Assembly (NCBI GenBank): GCA_051530055.1
Contig: CM121341.1
Span: forward strand, 14,486,784-14,550,783
Direction of reading: 5' to 3'
Source of the DNA: Neoechinorhynchus agilis
Lineage: Eukaryota > Animalia > Acanthocephala
Length of the DNA stretch: 64,000 nt
Below, one piece after another: positions 1 to 11,663 of the stretch (the stretch's first letter is position 1; the number at the start of each line of letters is the position of its first letter). A program made the position numbers and the translations under genes. The notes under the pieces were generated by a model. That model was not told the DNA's origin and made no database searches. It saw nothing but the letters and a program-made list of their open reading frames with translations.

Positions 1-6
1 AAATGA

Positions 7-432
7 GCGGGAGCGCTCGGCCCCGATAAAAAAGCCTTAATTGGCGAGAGCAACTTCGGGCAAATTCTCACATGCAAACGAACAGGAACCAACCGCAACC
101 TTGCAGTTAAGATATTAAACAACGAAATGGATCATAAAGAACTACCTAACATCGCAGTTCCCCTTCAAATGTTCAAATACTATGATCATCAATGCACTAT
201 TCTTGAGCATGTAAAAATGGATTGTTTGTTTTCCTTGGGGCAGCAAATGTTGATGGCATTAGAGAAACTCAAATATTTAAACAATGTTCATGGAGATATG
301 AAATCAGGCAACGTTGTGTTCGTCAATTGTTCGACAAAGATGTGTTTGAATTTTCAAGCGACAGCGTTTCCGACGAAGATTTTTACACCAGACGGATTTT
401 TTGAAGAATCTTCCAATGAAGATCAACATTAA
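7..432 (+). pseudogene. HIPK/DYRK-like kinase remnant (N-lobe to catalytic loop only)
   Basis: Frame open from nt 7: IGESNFGQILTCKRTGTNRNLAVKILN (Gly-loop and VAIK-like), then QQMLMALEKLKYLNNVHGDMKSGN, resembling HIPK [24 protein letters not shown]. No DFG, large internal deletion, stop at 430-432. Confidence 0.65.
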
Positions 433-3254
433 GTTTGTCTTGAATCAACATTGCTGTTTGCTTAAATTTTTAAAACTTGTAAAAGTTCCAGTAATTTTTT
501 TATTACTACAAAAGTCACATACAAACATTTAACACTTAATTAATAATCACCATTGGTTATTCTACAAATGATACTTTACGCCTTGTAGTTAGCTCATCAA
601 GGCAAAATGGTAAGACTGCGCGTCCAATTGATCTAAAATCCCTTAGTCTATCCCTCCTGCCATTCTGCACAAATAGATTTGAATTGAGTATTACCATAAT
701 TTTTACAATGTTTTTGTAATTGAGTCGTCCAAATAAAACAGCCTCTACTCGATAACTTTCTCGTGAATACATTGAATTAATCCTGTGCCGAAGTGTATGA
801 AAATTGAATTAATCGTACTCCGCTTAAAAAAATCTATTACTATCCATCAAAATAAAGATAGTCCATATTATTGAAATTCTTTGCTGATAGCATTCTCTGA
901 ATGATGCAGCCTACATTTACATACTTACAGAAGCTATAACGGGGATTAAAAAATCATATTTTTGTTGGCTCCCAAAAACTACGATTAGTTAAACTAGAAT
1001 CAAGGGCAATTTTGTGCAGCTAACAAACTTTAATTGAATAAAAGGAACCTACATATTAGGAAATGTATTCATCGAAATCTCAAATATTAACCGAGAAGTA
1101 CATTATGATTTGCAAACCTTAACACTTTTATAACGTACTTTAAGTCGTCATTGACTTTTATGGATTCCAATTTAATATTGCTTTTTTGGGCATTAAAGAG
1201 CTGCGTTCTTAAAACCATCATGCCTATTTTTAAATTGAACATCTGCTTGTAAAAGCAAAGATATTATTGAAAAAAGCCGCTGTAACGACTAACAATTGAC
1301 TTATAAATTCAAAACAACATTATTTCTTATTTAGATTTGTAACCCAGCTTAAAAACCCAATATATGAATGGTTCCGTGGTATTGAAGGGCAAATAATGAA
1401 GTGCATATACGAGGAGTTTTTCATTTATGGCAAAGGAACAATCTCCTGAAAATATTGCAAGTCCAAGGACATTTCAGATGCTCTCGAGGCATTAAACGTT
1501 GGGAAGCCCATATTGGGAATCTTATTGTTGATCCCTGAAAATTAATCAGGCTAAAAATCTCGCGAATGGCCTCCAATCCACGAGAAAAACTTTTTTGCCC
1601 ATGTTAAAGCAACAGGAAATGTTTCGGAGATAGGGGAAATCCTGCTTGGCAGTGCTTTTAAGCAAACGCACCTCGTGTATTCTGTCATTTGCTTGAGTGT
1701 TGGTGCAGTTTTAGCGGGTGATGCAGAGCACATCGGTTTGATGTGAGCGCCACGCAAGTATACACCTATACTCATTTTTGCATTCTGAAGAATAATAAAC
1801 CTTACAGTTTCATCTCTGACAAATAGTCATGTTAAAGTCATACCCGGAGTTCCGAAAGAGTAACCTAGTAAGATGTTATTCCTCTGCCCGAGCCACAGAT
1901 GGATTCCGCGATATTAAGAATCTCAGAGCACAAAATGCCTTATGGTTTTGGGAGTTAGTACGAGCAAAATATTTAATTTGTTGGAACCCATATTCGTAGG
2001 AGATGTAAAAATCTTCCTCGGTAAGCTCCAGCATAGTATTGAACACGCGGAACGCCAATCATAAAGCATTTTAATGAACAAGTTCTTTCCCTGTAATCAA
2101 AAAACACAAAGATCATTGCCAGTTTTGTTTAAAAGAACTTTTATGTTATTATAAGGATTTTCAACCTTACCTTTGAGAATAAAGTTTTTGGAAATTAGCA
2201 TCTTTGCACGCTCCCTCGGGAATTTTGACAATGTAATTTTCGTTCCTTTTGGTTGAGCAACTGGGCACTAATACTCAGACTTTCACACCCGCCCAGAAGA
2301 GGAGAAACATTCTAACTTACCTGAAGACCTCCGGACCTATCGGGGGGTTTTAGAAGGTCTGAAATCATCATTCATAGTTTTTCCATAACACTGATGCACG
2401 CAGTTCGAAGTACGAAGACCGAATTGTGTATGTGGCTTTTGTAATATGAATGCCAAATTGTTATAAATTCAATAATTGAAGCGTTGAGTTCTTCTCAAAA
2501 ATCTTATGATAGCATGTTGACAAACGCAAGACGACAATCATCTGCCTCATGTAGAGAATGGTGACTTTTACAAAAAAGCAATCAGACAACGCTAAGTGAG
2601 CTTTTATTAACTCTGATTAAATCTTAGCATTGGAGGAATAGATCGCTGTTTTATATTCTTATCGTGAAAAAATACTAATACTCTTCACAGCGATAAAACT
2701 CAATTACTTTAAACGTAAAGTTTACAAAATTGTGTCAGAACGGAAGCTAAAAATCGTAAGGAATTGAAACGCTTTCGAATGGATCCACAACCAAATCGAT
2801 TCCCTGACTTCATGACCTGTGACATCTTTTTGTTCATCACAGATCACGGTCTCAGGGCATTGATACTGGTTTTGGTAACTGGAAATCAAGTTGCTGATTC
2901 CTCGAGAAGTGCATCGCCAATCTTGCCACTACGAGCTCCATAAGCTTTGCTCTATTTATACGATTATTTTTAGCGTGGTTTCTACGATGGCGCATTCCGC
3001 AACGTGAGTATTGATCAAGCCAGTAACGCAGCTCAATGTGCTTCCGCCGAGAAGAGTGAAGCAAATTAGTCGCGAGACCCGGTACACCAAGGCGACGATT
3101 CCTACTTTGAGTGCGAATTTATGAGCACGGCAAGTCTCAGTGAGTGCGTAAACAAGCGATAGATCTGCGAGACGCATTAAAGTGCACCGTGGAATACTGT
3201 CGCTTGCATGAGATGCTAATAGAAACAGCGGAAGCGGAAAGGCATTTCAGTGAT

Positions 3255-6200
3255 CAATACCCAGAATACGAGGGAACTCCGAATGTAAACGAAAAGTGCA
3301 ATTTTCGGCGTAAAATGTATGGGATTTTCGACGCTGGATGAACGATTCAGCCATTCTAAACATTAATAACTTGAAATCGGTTAAAGCTTTCAGTCGGAAG
3401 CACGTGTACCTCGATGACTTTTAAGAATTAAAGCAGAATTATTCTCAGGAAAATTCCTTGCAAATGAAGATTACTTAAATTAAATCGTGATCAAAACTGG
3501 TTTTTAACTGTCATCAATGCCAAGAATATGAGGGAACTCCGAATGTAAACGAAAAGTGCAATTTTCCGCGTAAAATGTATGGGATTTTCGACGCTGAACG
3601 AATGCTTTTGCCATTCTAAACATTAATATCTTAGAATCGGCTTAAGCTTTAATTTAGAAGCACGTGTATCTCGATGACTTTTAAGAGTTAAAAAAGAGTT
3701 ATTCTCACGAAATTTCATTGAAAATGAAGATGACTTAAACTTAATGTTGATTAAAGCTGGTTTTTAACTGTCATCAATACCAAGAATATGATGGTACTCC
3801 GAATGTAAACGAAAAGTGCAATTTTTGGCGTAAAATGTATGGGATTTTCGACGCTGGACGAATTATTTTACCATTCTAAACATTAATAACTTGAAATCGG
3901 TTAAAGCTTTCAGTCGGAAGAACGTGTACCTCGATGATTTTTAAGAATTAAGAAAGAGTTATTCTCAGAAAAATTCCTTGCAATTGAAGATGGCTCAAAC
4001 AGAACGATGACTAAAACTGGTTTTTAACTGTCATCAATACCCAGAATATGAGGGAACGCCGAATGTAAACGAAGAGTGCAATTTTCGGTGTAAAATGTTT
4101 GGGATTTTCGACGCTGGATGCACGATTTTGCCATTCTAAACATTAATAGCTTCAAATAGGTTAAATCCTTCAGTTGAAAGGACGTGTACCTCGATGACTT
4201 TTAAGAATTAAAAAGAGAGTTTGTCAAGAAAATTCCATGCAAATGAAGATGGCTCAAACAGAATGGTGAATGAAATTGGTTTTTAACTGTCATCAATACC
4301 AAGAATATGATGGTACTCCGATTATAAACGCAAAGTGCAATTTTCGGCGTAAAATGTTTGGGATTTTCGACGCTGGACGAATGATTTTGCCATTCTAAAC
4401 AATAACATCTTAAAATCAGTTAAAGCTTTCAGCTGCAAGCACGTGTATCTCGATGACTTTTACGAATTAAAAAGAGAGTTTGTCAAGAAAATTCCATGCA
4501 AATGAAGATGGCTCAAACAGAATGGTGAATGAAATTGGTTTTTAACTGTCATAAATAGCAAGAATATGAGGGAACTCCGATTATAAACGCAAAGTTCAAT
4601 TTTCGGCGTAAAATGTTTAGGATTTTCGACGCTGGACGAATGATTTTGCCATTCTAAACAATAACATCTTAAAATCGGTTAAAGCTTTCAGTCGGAAGTA
4701 CGTGTATCTCGATGACTTTTAAGAATTAAAGCAGAGTTATTCTCAGGAAAATTCCTTGTAAATGAAGATGACTAAACCAGAATGGATATTAAAACTGGTT
4801 TTTAACCGTCATCGATACCCAGAATATGAGGGAACGCCGAATGTAAACGAAGAGTGCAATTTTCGGTGTAAAATGTTTGGGATTTTCGACGCTGAACGAA
4901 TGCTTTTGCCATTCTAAACATTAATATCTTAGAATCGGCTTAAGCTTTAATTTAGAAGCACGTGTATCTCGATGACTTTTAAGAGTTAAAAAAGAGTTAT
5001 TCTCACGAAATTTCATTGAAAATGAAGATGACTTAAACTTAATGTTGATTAAAGCTGGTTTTTAACTGTCATCAATACCAAGAATATGATGGTACTCCGA
5101 ATGTAAACGAAAAGTGCAATTTTTGGCGTAAAATGTATGGGATTTTCGACGCTGGACGAATTATTTTACCATTCTAAACATTAATAACTTGAAATCGGTT
5201 AAAGCTTTCAGTCGGAAGAACGTGTACCTCGATGATTTTTAAGAATTAAGAAAGAGTTATTCTCAGAAAAATTCCTTGCAATTGAAGATGGCTCAAACAG
5301 AACGATGACTAAAACTGGTTTTTAACTGTCATCAATACCCAGAATATGAGGGAACGCCGAATGTAAACGAAGAGTGCAATTTTCGGCGTAAAATGTTTGG
5401 GATTTTCGACGCTGGACGAATGATTTTGCCATTCTAAACAATAACATCTTAAAATCAGTTAAAGCTTTCAGCTGCAAGCACGTGTATCTCGATGACTTTT
5501 ACGAATTAAAAAGAGAGTTTGTCAAGAAAATTCCATGCAAATGAAGATGACTAAAACAGAATGGTGAATGAAATTGGTTTTTAACTGTCATAAATAGCAA
5601 GAATATGAGGGAACTCCGATTATAAACGCAAAGTTCAATTTTCGGCGTAAAATGTTTAGGATTTTCGACGCTGGACGAATGATTTTGCCATTCTAAACAA
5701 TAACATCTTAAAATCGGTTAAAGCTTTCAGTCGGAAGTACGTGTATCTCGATGACTTTTAAGAATTAAAACAGAGTTATTCTCAGGAAAATTCCTTGTAA
5801 ATGAAGATGACTAAACCAGAATGGATATTAAAACTGGTTTTTAACCGTCATCGATACCCAGAATATGAGGGAACGCCGAATGTAAACGAAGAGTGCAATT
5901 TTCGGGCGTAAAATGTTTGGGATTTTCGACGCTGGACGAACGATTTTGCCATTCTAAACATAACTTCAAATAGGTTAAAGCCTTCAGTTGGAAGCACGTG
6001 TATCTCGATGACTTTTAAGAATTAAAAAGAGAGTTTGTCAAGAAAATTCCATGCAAATGAAGATGACTAAAACAGAATGGTGAATGAAATTGGTTTTTAA
6101 CTGTCATAAATAGCAAGAATATGAGGGAACTCCGATTATAAACGCAAAGTGCAATTTTCGGCGTAAAATGTTTGGGATTTTCGACGCTGGACGAATGATT

Positions 6201-7741
6201 TTGCCATTCTAAACAATAACATCTTAAAATCGGTTAAAGCTTTCAGTTGGAAGCACGTGTATCTCGATGACTTTTAAGAATTAAAAAGAGAGTTTGTCAA
6301 GAAAATTCCATGCAAATGAAGATGGCTCAAACAGAATGGTGAATGAAACTGGTTTTTTGCTGTCATAAATAGCAAGAATATGAGGGAATTCCGATTATAA
6401 ACGCAAAGTGCAATTTTCGGCGTAAAATGTTTGGGATTTTCGACGCTGGACGAACGATTTTGCGATTCTAAACAATAACGTCTTAAAATCGGTTAAAGCT
6501 TTCAGTCGGAAGTATGTGTATCTCGATGACTTTTAAGAATTAAAACAGAGTTATTCTCAGGAAAATTCCTTGTAAATGAAGATGACTAAACCAGAATGGA
6601 TGTTAAAACTGGTTTTTAACCGTCATCAATACCCAGAATATGAGGGAACGCCGAATGTAAACGAAGAGTGCAATTTTCGGTGTAAAATGTTTGGGATTTT
6701 CGACGCTGGATGCACGATTTTGCCATTCTAAACATTAATAACTTCAAATAGGTTAAATCCTTCAGTTGGAAGCACGTGTATCTCGATGACTTTTAAGAAT
6801 TAAAAAGGGAGTTTGTCAAGAAAATTCCATGCAAATGAAGATGACTAAAACAAAATGGTGAATGAAATTGGTTTTTAACTGTCATAAATAGCAAGAATAT
6901 GAGGGAACTCCGATTATAAACGCAAAGTGCAATTTTCGGCGTAAAATGTTTGGGATTTTCGACGCTGGACGAACGATTTTGCGATTCTAAACAATAACGT
7001 CTTAAAATCGGTTAAAGCTTTCAATCGGAAGTACGTGTATCTCGATGACTTTTAAGAATTAAAACAGAGTTATTCTCAGGAAAATTCCTTGTAAATGAAG
7101 ATGACTAAACCAGAATGGATGTTAAAACTGGTTTTTAACCGTCATCAATACCCAGAATATGAGGGAACGCCGAATGTAAACGAAGAGTGCAATTTTCGGT
7201 GTAAAATGTTTGGGATTTTCGACGCTGGATGCACGATTTTGCCATTCTAAACATTAATAAGTTCAAATAGGTTAAATCCTTCAGTTGAAAGGACGTGTAC
7301 CTCGATGACTTTTAAGAATTAAAAAGAGAGTTTGTCAAGAAAATTCCATGCAAATGAAGATGGCTCAAACAGAATGGTGAATGAAACTGGTTTTTTGCTG
7401 TCATAAATAGCAAGAATATGAGGGAATTCCGATTATAAACGCAAAGTGCAATTTTCGGCGTAAAATGTTTGGGATTTTCGACGCTGGACGAACGATTTTG
7501 CGATTCTAAACAATAACGTCTTAAAATCGGTTAAAGCTTTCAGTCGGAAGTATGTGTATCTCGATGACTTTTAAGAATTAAAACAGAGTTATTCTCAGGA
7601 AAATTCCTTGTAAATGAAGATGACTAAAACAGAATGGATGTTAAAACTGGTTTTTAACCGTCATCAATACCCAGAATATGAGGGAACGCCGAATGTAAAC
7701 GAAGAGTGCAATTTTCGGTGTAAAATGTTTGGGATTTTCGA
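3255..7741. repeat. Tandem satellite, about 260-bp unit, about 17 copies
   Basis: Motif gaatgtaaac/gattataaac recurs at 3281, 3541, 3801, 4061, 4320, 4579, 4839, 5099 and on to about 7690. Whole units repeat, with no unique spacers. Confidence 0.97.
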
Positions 7742-8425
7742 CCGTGATTAAAGTAAATCACTGTTGATGACGAGCTTTTTTTAAGGATCTTCAGGATGCT
7801 TTCTCTAAGAGTCAATTGGTACCGTTTGCTAGGTTTCGCGAATAAAATAAATCACCGTATGACTTCCTTAAGGATTTTCGCTTTAAGATCAATTGGTAGC
7901 TTTTGCTAAGTTTCGTAATTAAAATGAATCGCCGTATAACTTTCTCAAGGATTTGCGCTTTTAGATCAATTGGCATTTTTTGCTAGGTTTCGTGCATTAA
8001 ATAAATCACCTTTGAAGATTGACTTCTTTATGGATATTGAGGATTTTCGCTTTAAGATTAATTGGTAGCTTTTGCTAATTTTCGTGCCTTAAATTAATTA
8101 CCGTTGATGAGTATGACTTTTTTTTTATTGATTTTCAGGATTTTCGCTTTAAGAGTCAATTGGTAGCTTTTACTGGGTTTAATGACTAAAATAAAAGTCC
8201 GTATTACCTTCTTAAGGATTTTCGCTTTAAGATCAATTGGTAGCTTTTTCTAGGTTTCGTGACCAGAATAAATCACCGTTGAAGACTGACTTTTTTTAAG
8301 AATCTTTAGGATTTTCGCTTTAAGATCAATTGGTATCTTTTGCTGGGTTTCGTGCCTATATTAAATCACTGTATGACTTTTAGGGATTTTTGCTTTAAGA
8401 GTCAATTGATGGCTTTTTCTAGTTT
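7742..8425. repeat. Degenerate tandem repeat, about 75-90-bp unit, about 8 copies
   Basis: Recurring ggattttcgctttaagatcaattggtagcttttgctaggtttcgtg...aaataaatcaccg directly after the 260-bp array. Confidence 0.85.
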
Positions 8426-9660
8426 TCGTGCCTCAGAATGTTTGTTGTTGAATATTTGTGTATTGGAAGGCGAACATCATAAATGAGCAGTGATTAGTTT
8501 CGTTTGTATTGTTGATCTGAAAAAACCCGCATATCGACGACCGCTTAAAACCGAGCAAGAGAAACATCCCTTTTAGCGGTTTAATTTGCATCTTCCCCTT
8601 CTTCTCCTCCTCCAGTGACCATCAGGTGACGGTCTCCACATACATAGAAGAGTTCCTCTTCCACGCGTCCTCCTCCTCCTCATAGCCACATATATACGGT
8701 GGTCGTGTGTACGGCGGCCCGAGAGAGAGAATTCTCTTAAGAGTGAAAACAACGAGAAGTAGCCGACAACATCCTTGCAGCATAGCCAAACACACACACA
8801 ACAGCAAATCAAGATCGCGTATGAAGTCGTCCAGATGAGCTACGAGAACGTCATGCGATGTTTGACGATGCTGGATATGGACGACGATGATGACCGCCGG
8901 CTCATTTACGGAACGCAGGTGAGTTGTCACGAGTCTTCAAAGTCACGTACGGTTAGACGTGTCGGTCTCGAGTATAAATGAAGACTCTTCAAGAGTTGGT
9001 CATTTGGCTCATAGTTTTGGGGAACAATAGACTGAAATTGCTGCCTCCTCCTCCCATGTTGTCGAGTACCGAAGCGAGAATCGTATGTCGCTTCCGTCTT
9101 GCATTGCTAGAATCTTTAACAGTATTGCGTGTGGTGGTGGCCCTGACATGAAGATGCTCTTGTCAAAGGTTTCCTTCCTTTGTACACATCCTCCTCCTCC
9201 TTTCATCACAGGTAACAAAACAGCCGACCGCGCCTCTTCTCACTGCCTTCCTCCCAAACCAGCAGACATTTCTTATGTCACTGATTCAAGGGGTAGCGCA
9301 AAACGAGGGAAAAGAGACTGCGGCTACGCGCCATACATGACTCCAGCGTCTACCGACCACCACCATTAGTCTATTTACCATCATCATCTATCGGTCAACG
9401 TTGAGGGAAACCTTAGTTGCACCCAGTCGTTAATCGCATCAGACCGCTCCTATCGGCAAAAACAACAACGCAAAAAGACAATTACGTAATTTCGACGGAA
9501 TATTGTACAGTAGCCTCCTCCCCCTCGCTCCCACCGTCTTCTCGGTACGCGTGCCAAAAAATAGTCCTGTCTTTTCTCGTCATCACTTGTCGCTTTTTCG
9601 CGAAGACCGACATGAGTCTCTTATCGTCGACTCGCCCTTTTGCTCTAATCAAATCATTAG

Positions 9661-10777
9661 ATGATCCCACTTCAACCGTTACACTCCAATCAACGAATGA
9701 ACTGCTCAAGTCCAACCACTCTAAATGGGTCATCAAACATTCACCGAACTCCACCCCCACCAATCACTGCCAATGAACTAGCAAAAACAAGCAACTCTTC
9801 ACCAACCAGTTCCGTAGATGAAGAAGTCAGAACCCTGTTCGTCAGTGGACTTCCCATGGACACAAAACCAAGAGAACTTAATCTACTGTTCAGAGGCTTT
9901 AAGGACTATGAAGGGTCCATGCTTAAGGTCAACACTAAAAATGGAAAAAACCTTTCGGTTAATTTTAAACCTCTTTTTTCTGTTGTTCATACTTACACCT
10001 CTAATATCTTACAGCCTGTTGGATTTGTGACCTTCGCAACTCGAGCAAGTGCCGAGATGGCGAAAATTGAGCTAACTGGATTCCGTTTTGATCCTGAGAT
10101 GCATCAAACATTGCGTTTGGAATTCGCAAGAAGCAACACCAAAGTCCACCGTCTAAAACAACAACCATATAACTTGCAACAACGTATGAATACTACATCG
10201 TGCAGCGGAGCCGCCGGATACTTTATTCCTTCACTTCGACAACAACAGCAACAACAGCAGCAGCAACAACAACAACAACAACAACAAACCGCCGCTTGTG
10301 CCGCTGCAGCGGTGGCAGCAGCCGCAGCAGCTGCACAACAACGAGCCATAATTCCCGTAGCAGCTCGTGGGTATTTTTATTTTTAGCGTTTCTGACTATT
10401 CTAAACTAGTTGGCATGCTTGAAGATTTGACTGCAAATGGCACAATGGGTGGTAGTGGATGCAATTCGCTTTCATCAGGATCAAGTCACGGATCCTATAT
10501 GCACGATGCTGCGTGGCACCATACTCTTCCAATGGAGCTGCAAGCCATCCATCCAACCTTGGTTCAAACTATTCACGCAGCTCCACATGTACAGGTTACC
10601 AACGATGTTTTATGCCATTTTTAGGCACTCCTAATCAGCATTTAGGCACTTGGCTCTCTAACATCAACGACCGGACCCCAAGCACGGCTGAACTACTTGC
10701 CCAATACATCATGGACTGGAGTTAACGGACAACCAGCTAATCATTCAAATTTATTCGCAACTGGATACGGACAGTGA
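9661..10777 (+). CDS. cpo: Couch potato/RBPMS/MEC-8 family RRM protein
   Basis: [33 protein letters not shown]...PVGFVTF...[20 protein letters not shown] is the RBPMS/cpo RRM, followed by polyQ/polyA. Inferred introns 9958-10014, 10367-10409 and 10595-10645 (alternative acceptor 10624). Start (9661 or 9696) and last exon uncertain. Confidence 0.9.
10240..10287 (+). repeat. CAA/CAG trinucleotide tract encoding 16 Gln in the cpo-like gene
   Basis: Read directly; followed by an Ala-rich GCN tract. Confidence 0.95.
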
Positions 10778-11663
10778 GGGGAGAATTATTCTCACATAAA
10801 ACCACCAAATTGTGAAAAACAGACTTTTTAAAAAATCGTTGTCTTTGATTGAACATCCAACGGGTAAAAAATAATGCGTATCAATTATCTAGAATCCGGA
10901 TTTATTCGCTTAAAGGGCAATCGAACGATAAAGTTATATATAAAAAAAGAATTAATATACCACCATGCCTGAGTGCTGTCTATAACGAGGACATAATGTG
11001 CTATTCTTATAAATTTATGGTGCTATTAATCTTTAATGAAATGAAACGTACCGTGGATTTGCGGGATTCTAATGAGACCTAAACTAGAGATTAACATTTG
11101 GTTAAATTACTGAAAAAATGGGCAATTCTTTTCGTTTTAAATGCCGATTTTCTCGATCGAAACTCATGGATTCGCTGGGTTATATGAAGAAGAGTTAATT
11201 TTAAGGTGCAGATTGAACCGAAAGGTCTAGACCGAAAATCAGTTCAACTCAAAAATAATACATGAAGTTCATCGGTTAAAAACAAAATTAAAAATTTGAG
11301 AATAAAAAACGATTCTTCGTCCTTTTTTATTGTCGGTCCCCACTGCCGATTAGAGCAGAAATCTAAGATTTTTTAGGCCTCGTCACACAATGTTCTTCCG
11401 TGTTGTCGTCCACCCACAGCATGACGTCATCTGCGGAGAGGAAGGAATATCTGCGCTCGCCTTATGATGAAATCCACCAAGTCATTATGTCATTGGATTT
11501 TTTAGTACTAAATACTAACCAAAGATACACAACTCCAATCCCACGCCATTTGGCGCCATTAGCATTTACATGCAATGACATTAGACGAAAGTTTGCGCGC
11601 ATTTCATAGGCCGCTCGCTTTCGCACTAATAAACGAGCTTTTGACATTTTAAACGAAAAAACA

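Noticed and set aside
700-3100. Short ORFs and exon-like pieces on both strands
   Set aside because: Frames are interrupted, no motif is convincingly recognised and I could not build a consistent splice model.
10104-10349. Poly-Cys/poly-Ala ORF on the minus strand
   Set aside because: Antisense reading of the cpo CAG/CAA tract.
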